In this document: positions 38,901-46,731 of the stretch, in pieces
How the letters are laid out: every line of letters starts with the position of its first letter
Numbering within the stretch: the stretch's first letter is position 1
Assembly (NCBI GenBank): GCA_963736005.1
Contig: CAVTNB010000001.1
Span: 128,001-192,000 of the forward strand
DNA: 64,000 nt
Direction of reading: 5' to 3'
DNA from: an uncultured Pseudomonadota bacterium
GTDB taxonomy: Bacteria; Vulcanimicrobiota; Vulcanimicrobiia; Eremiobacterales; Eremiobacteraceae
Notes under the pieces: generated by a model
What the model was told of the DNA's origin: nothing
The model's database searches: none
The model's input: the letters and a program-made list of their open reading frames with translations, nothing else
Position numbers and translations under genes: made by a program

Positions 38901-40898
38901 TACCGGCGATGCAAACTTCACTGCATCACCAGACATACGAATTTGAACTCTGTCCGTGCCAGCGACGAGCTCGTCGACCCGTTTCCAGGTGCCGGAATGG
39001 GTAAGGAATTTATGGTCGGCCGTTGCACGTATTTGCCGACCATCTTTCAGCGTCATCCGAAAGACTTGGCGCTTGCCTACTTGGGTGATCTTTGCAGGTC
39101 GGTATGCGGTGAGTCGGCGATGATCGTGCTCTGAATAGACGTCAGTGGTTATGAGCACTTGCTCACCAGTTACTTGTTTAGAATACAGCTCCTTGACTGT
39201 GCGCAACCCTTCCGGAGTGCTGATGCGTGTTTCTGGGGCAAAACAAGCGGTGTCGTCCAAGAACATATATTCGGAACAATTGTGAGCGTAGAAGCCATTC
39301 GCATCAAATGCATTAGGCCCAGGAATCGTGCAGTCATAAACGGGCGCGTTCCCCAACGGCCTAACGTCGCGAACCATTTGGAACGTGCGAGCGCGATGGG
39401 CTTGTTTTTCAATCGCCAAGGCTGGTTTGTTCTGCCCATGACCGGAGGCGTGAACGTGTTGTTGCATCACAACATGGGTATGGATCGCGAGGCGTTCTCC
39501 GACTTTGATATCGCGCACGGCACGCCATGATTCCGACCCATCTTGGGCAATCGTCAAAAATCTGTGATCTTCGGTCGCCTTTAACTCCAGACCTAGATCC
39601 GTGCATACTTTGAAGACCGGCTTGATGCCAGTGAAGAAGAAGCCCTCCTTAGTTGATAGGTAGTGCTCCCCGTCTACCAGTGCGGTGAATTGTCGACCTA
39701 CAAGTTCAGATACTGGATGATAACCGGAATCTGTTGCGACGAGTGTGTCCCCAGTAACGCACGGATTGCTCGCGCGGATTCTACCACCGGCTGGGCTCGT
39801 ATGCCACGAGTTAATAATGTCGTCGTATTGAATGCCTGGATCAGCGCATGCCCATGCCGCACGAGCTATCTGATCCCAAAGATCTCGTGCTCGAACCGTT
39901 CGGGCTACGCTCTTATCTCGCCGCCAGAGCAAGTCCCACGTTGCGTCAGTACGAACCGCTTCGATAAACTTGTCCGGAATACGAACAGAATTGTTGGAGT
40001 TTTGACCCGATACGGTTGAGTACGCATCTCCTTCGTACGAGCTGCCATAGCCAGCCGCAATCAAGGCGGCAACCTTTTTCTCTTCCTCAACTTTCCAGTT
40101 GATAAACTTTTCTATATCCGGATGATCGATATCGAGAATGACCATCTTCGCTGCGCGTCGCGTTGTGCCACCGCTCTTGATCGCGCCGGCTGCCCGATCG
40201 CCCACGCGCAAGAATGACATAAGGCCGCTCGACGAACCACCACCAGAAAGCTTCTCGCCCTCAGCGCGCAAGTTGGAGAAATTCGTTCCAGTTCCGGAGC
40301 CGTATTTAAACAGGCGAGCCTCACGTACCCAGAGATCCATGATGCCATTGTCGTTGACAAGATCATCCTCGACAGATTGGATAAAACACGCGTGGGGTTG
40401 CGGATGCGTGTACGAATCCTTTGCACGCACGAGTTCTTTCGTGTCGGGATCCACGTAATAGTGACCCTGCGACGGTCCAGTGATGCCGTACGCATAGGCT
40501 AAACCTGTGTTGAACCATTGCGGAGAATTCGGCGCGGCCATCTGATAGATGAGCATGTAGCTCATCTCGGCATCGAACGCTGCCGCATCTTCATCTGAAT
40601 CAAAATATTTATAGCGCCGACCCCAGTCCGTCCAGCAACCCGCGAGGCGACGAACTACCTGACGAGCGGAGGTTTCCCGTCCAAGACTTCCGTCAGGCTG
40701 GGGCACTCCAGCCTTGCGGAAATACTTCTGTGCTAAAATGTCGGTGGCGACTTGAGACCAGTCCGCAGGAACTTCGATGTCTCGCATTTCGAAGACAACG
40801 GTTCCATCGGGTTCGCGAATCACCGACTCACGGTGATCCCACCGTATCTCATCGAGTGGATCGGTGCCGGGTTTTGTAAAGCGACGCTGAATCTTCAT
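35934..40898 (-). CDS. nrdJ: Class II (B12-dependent) ribonucleotide reductase precursor with two inteins
   Basis: PNSPQWFN, HACFI, KYGSGTG, ASNP|CSE, |CNLAS, LGLGYANLG, IAPTGTIG, ISGALSKTIN, YRDGSK; TSCPD-like domain and C-terminal CxxC...CxxC..GCS. Confidence 0.96.
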   Translation of the reverse strand: MKIQRRFTKPGTDPLDEIRWDHRESVIREPDGTVVFEMRDIEVPADWSQVATDILAQKYFRKAGVPQPDGSLGRETSARQVVRRLAGCWTDWGRRYKYFDSDEDAAAFDAEMSYMLIYQMAAPNSPQWFNTGLAYAYGITGPSQGHYYVDPDTKELVRAKDSYTHPQPHACFIQSVEDDLVNDNGIMDLWVREARLFKYGSGTGTNFSNLRAEGEKLSGGGSSSGLMSFLRVGDRAAGAIKSGGTTRRAAKMVILDIDHPDIEKFINWKVEEEKKVAALIAAGYGSSYEGDAYSTVSGQNSNNSVRIPDKFIEAVRTDATWDLLWRRDKSVARTVRARDLWDQIARAAWACADPGIQYDDIINSWHTSPAGGRIRASNPCVTGDTLVATDSGYHPVSELVGRQFTALVDGEHYLSTKEGFFFTGIKPVFKVCTDLGLELKATEDHRFLTIAQDGSESWRAVRDIKVGERLAIHTHVVMQQHVHASGHGQNKPALAIEKQAHRARTFQMVRDVRPLGNAPVYDCTIPGPNAFDANGFYAHNCSEYMFLDDTACFAPETRISTPEGLRTVKELYSKQVTGEQVLITTDVYSEHDHRRLTAYRPAKITQVGKRQVFRMTLKDGRQIRATADHKFLTHSGTWKRVDELVAGTDRVQIRMSGDAVKFASPVTEVKRWQTLGWLTGDGVFSKGTVALVFAPTEEETALEMTAEVNDLKVAAAGGASLVTRASTISIQANGVMQTSSKQSSLVSYLERHYGFKQATAVAKDVPNRIHYVSNDLKIAYLQGLFSADGTILDASGIEKEVMLASSSPQLLRSVQLLLSDIGITSRIAWMHPEGRKNPQGQLHVYNQQARRFLSLVGFPCSAYKDALAQNILASSFAGAKKNPRAPKVIEIVADGEETVYDITEPVTHTVIAEGMVTHNCNLASINLMTFYDADKNTLDVEAFKHACRLWTMVLEISVLMAQFPSSEIARKSYEYRTLGLGYANLGTLLMVSGIPYDSPRALAIAGAISAILTGESYAASAEMAGELGPFPRYKENAEPMLRVMKNHRRAAYNAKAAEYEQLSVIPMGIDASLCPPYLLSAARECWDRAVELGEQNGYRNAQATCIAPTGTIGLLMDCDTTGIEPDFALVKFKKLSGGGYFKIINQSLPMALSNLGYNEKQIDDIVRYAKGSGSLYGAPYINAETLRARGFTSEDIIKIEKALPTVFEIGFAFNQWTLGEETLQRLGITPEQYNAVDFDLLRLLGFNRDEIEAANNYICGTMTIEGAPHLKEEHYPAFDCANKCGKLGKRFIHHMGHVRMMAAAQPFISGALSKTINMPNEATVDEIKEAYLRSWDLGLKAIALYRDGSKLSQPLSNKGTDKTATDSDRQLALSEEFAKQLEEARRQRAEELRPDEILAAAQRILANATNTDFKRKVAQALERNRLPAKRRGWTQKAKISGHTVFLRTGEYADGTLGEIFVDLHKEGASFRSLMNCFAIAVSIGLQYGVPLEEFVDKFVFTRFEPNGFVDHPNIKHCTSVVDYIFRVLGMEYLGRTDFVQIKPEDKDVDDTNHDDHAQAEFEARVSAQQVADETPVPRPLPSSGIAQPRAQAAPGQNATVDPELATQLNALRSREAQMASLMGDAPLCDVCGSITRRNGACYVCDSCGRSMGCS
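38142..39245 (-). mobile_element. Intein 2 of nrdJ with LAGLIDADG homing endonuclease (368 aa)
   Basis: Starts CFAPETRI, block B ATADHKF, LAGLIDADG-like motifs LGWLTGDG and YLQGLFSADG, block F VYDIT, ends VTHN followed by extein Cys. Confidence 0.95.
39279..39761 (-). mobile_element. Intein 1 of nrdJ, mini-intein without endonuclease (161 aa)
   Basis: Starts CVTGDTLV, block B ATEDHRF, block F VYDCT, ends YAHN followed by extein Cys. Confidence 0.95.
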
Positions 40899-40978
40899 GG
40901 GATCAAAAAGTGCCTTTCTCTAAAGGTGATTTTGCCGATCGCCTTATATCACACGTCTGTTCGAGGGGCGACAAGTCA

Positions 40979-41043
40979 CCCCTACCCATAGTGGTTGTAG
41001 GGGTGTTTTCACACATTATATAGCGGTTAAGGTACGGTTGCAA
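40979..41043 (-). promoter_or_regulatory. nrdJ sigma70 promoter with tandem NrdR boxes
   Basis: Minus strand -35 TTGCAA (41043-41038), 17-bp spacer, -10 TATAAT (41020-41015). NrdR-like boxes ACACATTATATAGCGG (41011-41026) and CCCCTACCCATAGTGG (40979-40994) are 32 bp apart; consensus acaCwAtATaTwGtg. Confidence 0.8.
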
Positions 41044-41209
41044 CAACTTTTTCGAACGGGAGTTCGTTCGTCGCCGAAGCCTTGACGGGCGGCCAATTGA
41101 GGCGTTTTTCGCAGAACCTATCCACACAACTCACAGCGTGGGGACAGTCGCCTTCGCTCTCGAGTCTTTGCCTGGAAACCCACACTCTATCGCGAACAGC
41201 AGGCGCGCA

Positions 41210-42265
41210 ATGAAAAGCCGACCCAAAAAGCGCAAGGCGCTCCGCAGAGCGCCCGCACGCCAAGCGAAGGCGGGACGCGGTGGTGCACGCACCGTTGGGA
41301 TTATTCCTCGTCCCAGCGGAAACGGCAGCCGTCGCGCGAGCGCGCAGCGCCAAACGGTGAATCTTGCGCTGGTTCAGTTTGCCCCAAGTAAGGGCCGCGT
41401 CGATTTGAACTTCGAGCGCATCGAGCAAGTCTTTGCAGCGTTGCGCCACGATAAAGAAGGCTTCCCGTCGGTCGTGGTGTTTCCCGAAGCGAGCCTGTCG
41501 GGATATTTCGTTGAGGGCGGCATTGCCGAAGTCGCGCTCAAAGCGGGCAACGTCCTTAAGCGCCTCAGCAACGCCGCCCATCGAGCCTGCGGGCCAAATC
41601 ACGCGTCGTTTGACGTGATCGTTGGCTTTTACGAAGACGACGGCGGTAAGCTGTACAATAGCGCCCTCTACGCAACCCTCGGCGAGCGGCCAGTCATCCG
41701 CCATGTGCATCGCAAGCTCTTCTTGCCGACCTACGGCGTCTTTGACGAAGAGCGCTTTGTCTCGCGAGGCCGGACCATCGAGGCGTTTGACTCGCAGCAC
41801 GGCCGCGTTGCGATCCTCATCTGCGAAGACGCGTGTCATTCGGTGGCCGTGACGATCGCCGCGCTGCGCGGGGCTCAGATTCTCTACATTCCAAGCGCGT
41901 CGCCGGGGCGAGGTCTTGAAGATGCAGAGCCTGCAAACGTCCGCATGTGGCGCGACATCATGCGCGTCTCGGCCGCCGAGCACGGCATCTTCATCGCCTA
42001 TGCGGGATTGGTTGGCTTCGAAGGGGGCAAAGGCTTCACCGGAGCGTCGCGGCTCATGGGACCGTTCGGCGATCTGCGCATCGAGGCGCCGTTCGATGGC
42101 GCCGCCATCGTACGAACGACCATTTCGCTTCAAGACGTCAACATTGCACGGGCCGCCTTGCCCGCGCTGGGCGATCTCGAGTCCAACCTTGCCGAAATTA
42201 CGGCGATGTTCGAAAAGGAAGCACTCAGTCGGCCTTCGCGCACAAAGTCCACGACTTCAAAATGA
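41210..42265 (+). CDS. Carbon-nitrogen hydrolase (nitrilase fold), probable glutaminase subunit of NAD synthetase
   Basis: Catalytic triad motifs FPEA, HRKLFLPTYGVFDE.R, ICED; ATGA overlap with nadE. Confidence 0.88.
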   Translation: MKSRPKKRKALRRAPARQAKAGRGGARTVGIIPRPSGNGSRRASAQRQTVNLALVQFAPSKGRVDLNFERIEQVFAALRHDKEGFPSVVVFPEASLSGYFVEGGIAEVALKAGNVLKRLSNAAHRACGPNHASFDVIVGFYEDDGGKLYNSALYATLGERPVIRHVHRKLFLPTYGVFDEERFVSRGRTIEAFDSQHGRVAILICEDACHSVAVTIAALRGAQILYIPSASPGRGLEDAEPANVRMWRDIMRVSAAEHGIFIAYAGLVGFEGGKGFTGASRLMGPFGDLRIEAPFDGAAIVRTTISLQDVNIARAALPALGDLESNLAEITAMFEKEALSRPSRTKSTTSK

Positions 42266-43122
42266 AAGCAGCCGTTCTTCCGATCGTTCATGCGCCGACT
42301 GTCGTCGATCGCGGCTTGCAGCTCGACGCCGCCCTAGCCGAGCGATGGCTGATCAACTTCCTTCGCGACGAAATGATCGTTCGTCGCGGGATCCGCAATG
42401 CGATCGTGGGCGTGTCCGGGGGAGTCGACTCCGCCGTGGTCACCTACCTCTGCGCAAAGGCGCTCGGACCGGAAAACGTTTACGGCGTTCGCATGCCTTA
42501 CAGCACCTCATCAGATGAGAGCTTCCGTCACGGGGGCCTCGTGATCGGCAATACACATGTCCACGACATCGTGGTCAATATCAGCGACGCGGTTGACGGC
42601 TACTTGCACTACGAGCCAGACGCCTCCCAGACGCGGCGCGGCAATGTCATGGCCCGCCAACGCATGATCGTCTTGTTCGACCAATCAGCCAAGTACGATG
42701 GACTACCTGTCGGCACCGGCAATAAATCCGAGCGGTTGCTCGGCTATTTTACTTGGCATGCCGATGATTCGCCGCCGATCAATCCGATCGGGGACCTCTT
42801 CAAGACACAGGTCTGGCAGCTCGCGCGACATCTTGGGGTGCCCAAGGAAATTATGGACAAGCCGGCCACCGCTGACCTCATTCGCGGACAGACCGACGAG
42901 GAAGACTTGGGCATCACCTATGCGCGGTCGGATCGGATTCTCGCGCTCATGCTCATGGGCTACAGAGAAGAAGACATGATCGCGCGCGGGTTTTCGCCTG
43001 CCGATGTCGAGCTCGTCATGCGCAAAGTGAACGCCACGCACTGGAAGCGTCACCTGCCCACGACGGCTGTTGTGTCCACGACTGCTATCAACGAATTTTA
43101 TTTACGACCAGTCGACTACTGA
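42262..43122 (+). CDS. nadE: NAD+ synthetase (synthetase subunit)
   Basis: GVSGGVDSAV, GNVMARQRM, GTGNKSE, PIGDLFKTQV, KPATADL..GQTDE. Confidence 0.95.
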   Translation: MKAAVLPIVHAPTVVDRGLQLDAALAERWLINFLRDEMIVRRGIRNAIVGVSGGVDSAVVTYLCAKALGPENVYGVRMPYSTSSDESFRHGGLVIGNTHVHDIVVNISDAVDGYLHYEPDASQTRRGNVMARQRMIVLFDQSAKYDGLPVGTGNKSERLLGYFTWHADDSPPINPIGDLFKTQVWQLARHLGVPKEIMDKPATADLIRGQTDEEDLGITYARSDRILALMLMGYREEDMIARGFSPADVELVMRKVNATHWKRHLPTTAVVSTTAINEFYLRPVDY

Positions 43123-43171
43123 TCGAAACTTTCGATCCGCTAACGCAGCAGGACCCTTCGGAGGAGCCGAT

Positions 43172-43585
43172 ATGCCCCTGCAGCTTGGACCCGTCGGGCA
43201 CCTTGGCATCAGCGTGCACGATCCCCAGAAAAGCGCACGCTGGTGGATCAAGATGCTTAACATGACTCGCCGGTTCTCATTTCCGGGCGGCGTCGTAGTG
43301 GGAAACGACCACGTCGACATTGTCTTGCACAAAGGGAAGCCACATCCCGAAGTGCTCCACCACATTTCTTTTCATGTCCGCGGCATGCGCGAGTTGCGAG
43401 CGGCGCTCTTGGAGCTGCAGCGAAAGCACGTCGAACTCGAAGACCCCGGCGACGAAATCGGACCGGAAGGCCCCGGCTCAAAGAACATGGGCTTGTGGTT
43501 TCAGGATCCCGATGGCTATCGCTGGGAGCTATCTGTGCTCGCGACGCGCAAGCGAAAATCCAGGGCAAAAAGAAAGCGAGGGTAG
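43172..43585 (+). CDS. VOC family protein
   Basis: RBS GGAG; VGHLGISV.D, LHHISF, FQDPDGYRWEL; basic C-terminal tail. Confidence 0.85.
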   Translation: MPLQLGPVGHLGISVHDPQKSARWWIKMLNMTRRFSFPGGVVVGNDHVDIVLHKGKPHPEVLHHISFHVRGMRELRAALLELQRKHVELEDPGDEIGPEGPGSKNMGLWFQDPDGYRWELSVLATRKRKSRAKRKRG

Positions 43586-43586
43586 C

Positions 43587-43991
43587 ATCATTTCCAGATA
43601 TCTGCACACCTCAATCTTTGTCAACAACATGAACGAGTCGATCGATTTTTACACGAAGAAGCTCGGCTTGAGGCTCCTCGATCAAGCCCACTACGAGGGC
43701 AACGCCGACATGGCGTTCGTCGGCAAGAACTGGGATTCGTATATCGAGCTCGTGTACGATCTCGAAGAGCATCCTCCATATCAGTTGGGCAACCGCTACG
43801 AGCATCTTGCCCTCGAAGCAGACGGGAATCTCGAGGACCTCTGCAAACGGCTCGCCGCGCAAGGCGTGAAAATCCTCAAGGGTCCGAAGAAGTCACCGGG
43901 AGGTACACGTTCCATTGCTTTCGTCGAGGACCCCAACGGCATTCCGGTGGAGTTGCTCGAGCCCAAGCCGGCCGCAGCCGGCGGCTCGTGA
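43587..43991 (+). CDS. Lactoylglutathione lyase-like VOC protein (no canonical start at the expected position)
   Basis: YLHT.I.V...SIDFY...LG, IELVY, Y.LG..YEHLAL, AFVEDPNG..VEL. Confidence 0.85.
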   Translation: MISRYLHTSIFVNNMNESIDFYTKKLGLRLLDQAHYEGNADMAFVGKNWDSYIELVYDLEEHPPYQLGNRYEHLALEADGNLEDLCKRLAAQGVKILKGPKKSPGGTRSIAFVEDPNGIPVELLEPKPAAAGGS

Positions 43992-44004
43992 TATTCGATG
44001 AGTA

Positions 44005-45270
44005 ATGGCCAGCGCTGAAATCATCACCGTCGGGACCGAGTTGCTGCTCGGTCAGCTCGTCGACACGAACACCTCGATCATCGCTGGGGCTCTGGCTGAA
44101 ATAGGCATTGACGTCTATCGCGAAACGTCGGTCGGTGACAACGAGGCCCGCATCGCACAAGCCATAAGCGAGGCGCTCGAGCGCGCCGACGCCGTGATCT
44201 GCGCGGGTGGCCTAGGCCCGACCGTTGACGACCTCACTCGCGAGGCTGTTGCCGCCGCGACGGGCAGCCCGCTCGAACTCGACCAAGCGGTGGTTGAGGA
44301 TCTCCGCGCGTTCTTCGCAAGCCTTGGCCGGCAGATGTCTCCAAACAACGCGCGCCAGGCAATGTTCCCAAAGGGCGCCGAGGTGCTCGAAAACCCAAAC
44401 GGCACGGCGCCAGGGTTCGCACTAACGGTCGGCGAGAAAGTTATCGTCGTCATGCCTGGACCGCCCAGAGAGATGGAGCCGATGCTGCGCGAGCATGTTC
44501 TGCCGCTCCTCGCGCGCACATTTGACTCGCGTTCAACGATCGTCACGCGCGTCTTGCGCACGACCGGCGTCTCCGAATCAGAAATCGATGGGCGCATCGC
44601 TGACCTCTTTCGGGCTGGCATCAACCCAAGCATCGCCGTGCTCGCGCACGTTGGCGAAGTGCACGTCAAAATCACAGCCAAAGCATCAACGCGCGAGACA
44701 GCGCTCGCGCTCATCGACTTATTGGAGGCTGAGATCCGCCGCCGTCTTGGCGATTGCGTCTTCTCATCCGATGGCTCCTCACTCCCGGAAGCGCTTGGAA
44801 AAGAGCTCAGGGCCCGCGGCTGGAGCATCGCCACGGCTGAGTCATGCACCGGGGGCCTCATTGGCTCGATGATAACCGCCGTACCGGGAGCCTCGGACTA
44901 CTATCGCGGCGGCGTCGTCGCGTACTCTAATGAAGCGAAAACAAATCTGCTGGACGTCGCTGCTGAACTCATCGATCTCAATGGCGCGGTCAGCGAACAG
45001 GTCGCTTCGGCGATGGCGGTGGGTGCGAAGGCTGCGTTGCGCGCTGACATCGCCCTTGCGGTCACGGGCATCGCCGGACCCGACGGTGGGACCGATGAGA
45101 AACCCGTCGGCTTGATCTACGTCGCCCTTGCGGGCGTTGATGGCGACCTGCAGACAAAGCGTCTGCGGATCCCTGGCAACCGCGATGGCATCATCCGCCG
45201 CAGTGCGCTTGCCGCACTCATGCTCGCATGGCGAACTACCATAGAACCAGCTCGAGCCCGCGAGATGTAG
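44005..45270 (+). CDS. cinA: Competence/damage-inducible protein A (MoCF domain + PncC NMN deamidase)
   Basis: VGTELLLGQ..DTN, GGLGPT.DD, GTAPG, TAESCTGG, TGIAGP.GG. Confidence 0.95.
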   Translation: MASAEIITVGTELLLGQLVDTNTSIIAGALAEIGIDVYRETSVGDNEARIAQAISEALERADAVICAGGLGPTVDDLTREAVAAATGSPLELDQAVVEDLRAFFASLGRQMSPNNARQAMFPKGAEVLENPNGTAPGFALTVGEKVIVVMPGPPREMEPMLREHVLPLLARTFDSRSTIVTRVLRTTGVSESEIDGRIADLFRAGINPSIAVLAHVGEVHVKITAKASTRETALALIDLLEAEIRRRLGDCVFSSDGSSLPEALGKELRARGWSIATAESCTGGLIGSMITAVPGASDYYRGGVVAYSNEAKTNLLDVAAELIDLNGAVSEQVASAMAVGAKAALRADIALAVTGIAGPDGGTDEKPVGLIYVALAGVDGDLQTKRLRIPGNRDGIIRRSALAALMLAWRTTIEPARAREM

Positions 45271-45271
45271 C

Positions 45272-46666
45272 ATGCGTGAGGCGAAAATCCGTCAGTTATT
45301 TCGCACGCTCTCGTTAGCCGATTTATCGATCCTCGCGTCGTCCAGCATGGCACCGGCATACAGCCTGGCGGCAGTCATGGGGTTGGTCGTCGCTGCCGCG
45401 GGCACAGGGGCTCCGCTTGCCCTCATCGTCTCGACGATTCCGATTGCCTTCATTGCCATCGGCTTCATGCGCCTTGCCACCGAAAAGCCATCGGCAGGCG
45501 GGGCGTACACGTGGGCGCGCATTGCTTTTGGAAATCGAGTTGGCTGGTTTACCGCCGTGCTGATCATTATTGGATACTACTTTGGGACTGTCGCCACGGC
45601 GTTTCCCGCAGGCGTCTACACGATCAGCATCGCGATGCCGCACGCCACGGCAACGCCGCTTGCCATCGCCATCGCCGGTATTTGCTGGACCGCATTCTCT
45701 GCGTATTTCTTGATCATCGGCGCCCGTCCGACCGCGCGCCTCTCTGCCGTCTTCCTAGCTGCGGAGGTAGGCGCACTCGTCCTCATCTCGGTCCTTGCCC
45801 TTGTCCGCCCATTTTCGGGAACGCCTGCTCTTGGCAATCCTGGCATCTCCATGGGAGCCACCGGGCTGGTCGGGTTGATCGTCGGTGCGGTGCTGTCCAT
45901 TTGGGTCTCGGCTGGTTGGGAGATCTCCACGTACAGCTCGGAAGAATCGACTGGCGCGCCAACGACCCCGGGTGCGGGAGCACTTGTTGGTCTCTTGGGG
46001 ACGATGGCGCTCGTGTGGTTTTGCATGCTCGCGTTCTTGCATGTTGGGAGCGTGGGTGGATTCACGAGCCACCAAGATGACGCGCTTGCCTATGTTGCGC
46101 AGCGATTGGGCGGTGGTTGGATTTCTCTGCTCATGGTGGCGAACGTGCTCGTCTCGAGTGCGGCGGCTTTGTGGACCACCATGCAACTGCTCTCGCGCGC
46201 GGTCTTCGCTATGGGCCGAGACAAGCTCTTGCCCGCCTCGCTTGCGCTCGTGCACCCAAAATTTGGGACCCCCTGGGTCGCCATCTTAGTTGTCAGCATC
46301 CCCGTGGCGCTTATCTTGCTCGTTTCGGGTTTCGCGAGCAGCGCGCAGCACACGCTTGCAACCGTCGTGTCCGGGTCGTCGATTTTCTTAGGATCGACGT
46401 TCATTATTACCGGTCTCGCGTGCGCGTGGTTGCACTTCCGCCAGGGCGCCGGGCAGCGTCACATTCTTTCAGGTATCGCTCTGCCGGCTGTTGGGGCATT
46501 GTGGACCCTTGCTTTTCTCATCTTTGACGTGTGGAAGCAGCAAGAGACGTTTGTGCAAGGACTCACGGTGGCGGGCATCGCGTGTGCCCTTATTTTCTCA
46601 TTCAGCGCAGGGCGTTGGGTCAGACTGAAGCAGCCGATGATGGTTCCAAGAGAAGAAGAAGGCTAG
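45272..46666 (+). CDS. APC family amino acid permease
   Basis: About 12 TM; SMAPAYS, PSAGGAY.W, GWE.S.Y.SEE, SR..FAMGRD..LP, HPKFGTP. Confidence 0.9.
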   Translation: MREAKIRQLFRTLSLADLSILASSSMAPAYSLAAVMGLVVAAAGTGAPLALIVSTIPIAFIAIGFMRLATEKPSAGGAYTWARIAFGNRVGWFTAVLIIIGYYFGTVATAFPAGVYTISIAMPHATATPLAIAIAGICWTAFSAYFLIIGARPTARLSAVFLAAEVGALVLISVLALVRPFSGTPALGNPGISMGATGLVGLIVGAVLSIWVSAGWEISTYSSEESTGAPTTPGAGALVGLLGTMALVWFCMLAFLHVGSVGGFTSHQDDALAYVAQRLGGGWISLLMVANVLVSSAAALWTTMQLLSRAVFAMGRDKLLPASLALVHPKFGTPWVAILVVSIPVALILLVSGFASSAQHTLATVVSGSSIFLGSTFIITGLACAWLHFRQGAGQRHILSGIALPAVGALWTLAFLIFDVWKQQETFVQGLTVAGIACALIFSFSAGRWVRLKQPMMVPREEEG

Positions 46667-46731
46667 CCCCAAGCGAATGAGTTGCGAGTTCCTCGCACAT
46701 TGCAAAAGAAAGGCGTCGGAAAAATGCCGGC

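Noticed and set aside
40899..41209. Cobalamin riboswitch upstream of B12-dependent nrdJ
   Set aside because: No B12-box or GGGAA/GCCACTG core is visible, and the predicted leader is only about 110 nt.
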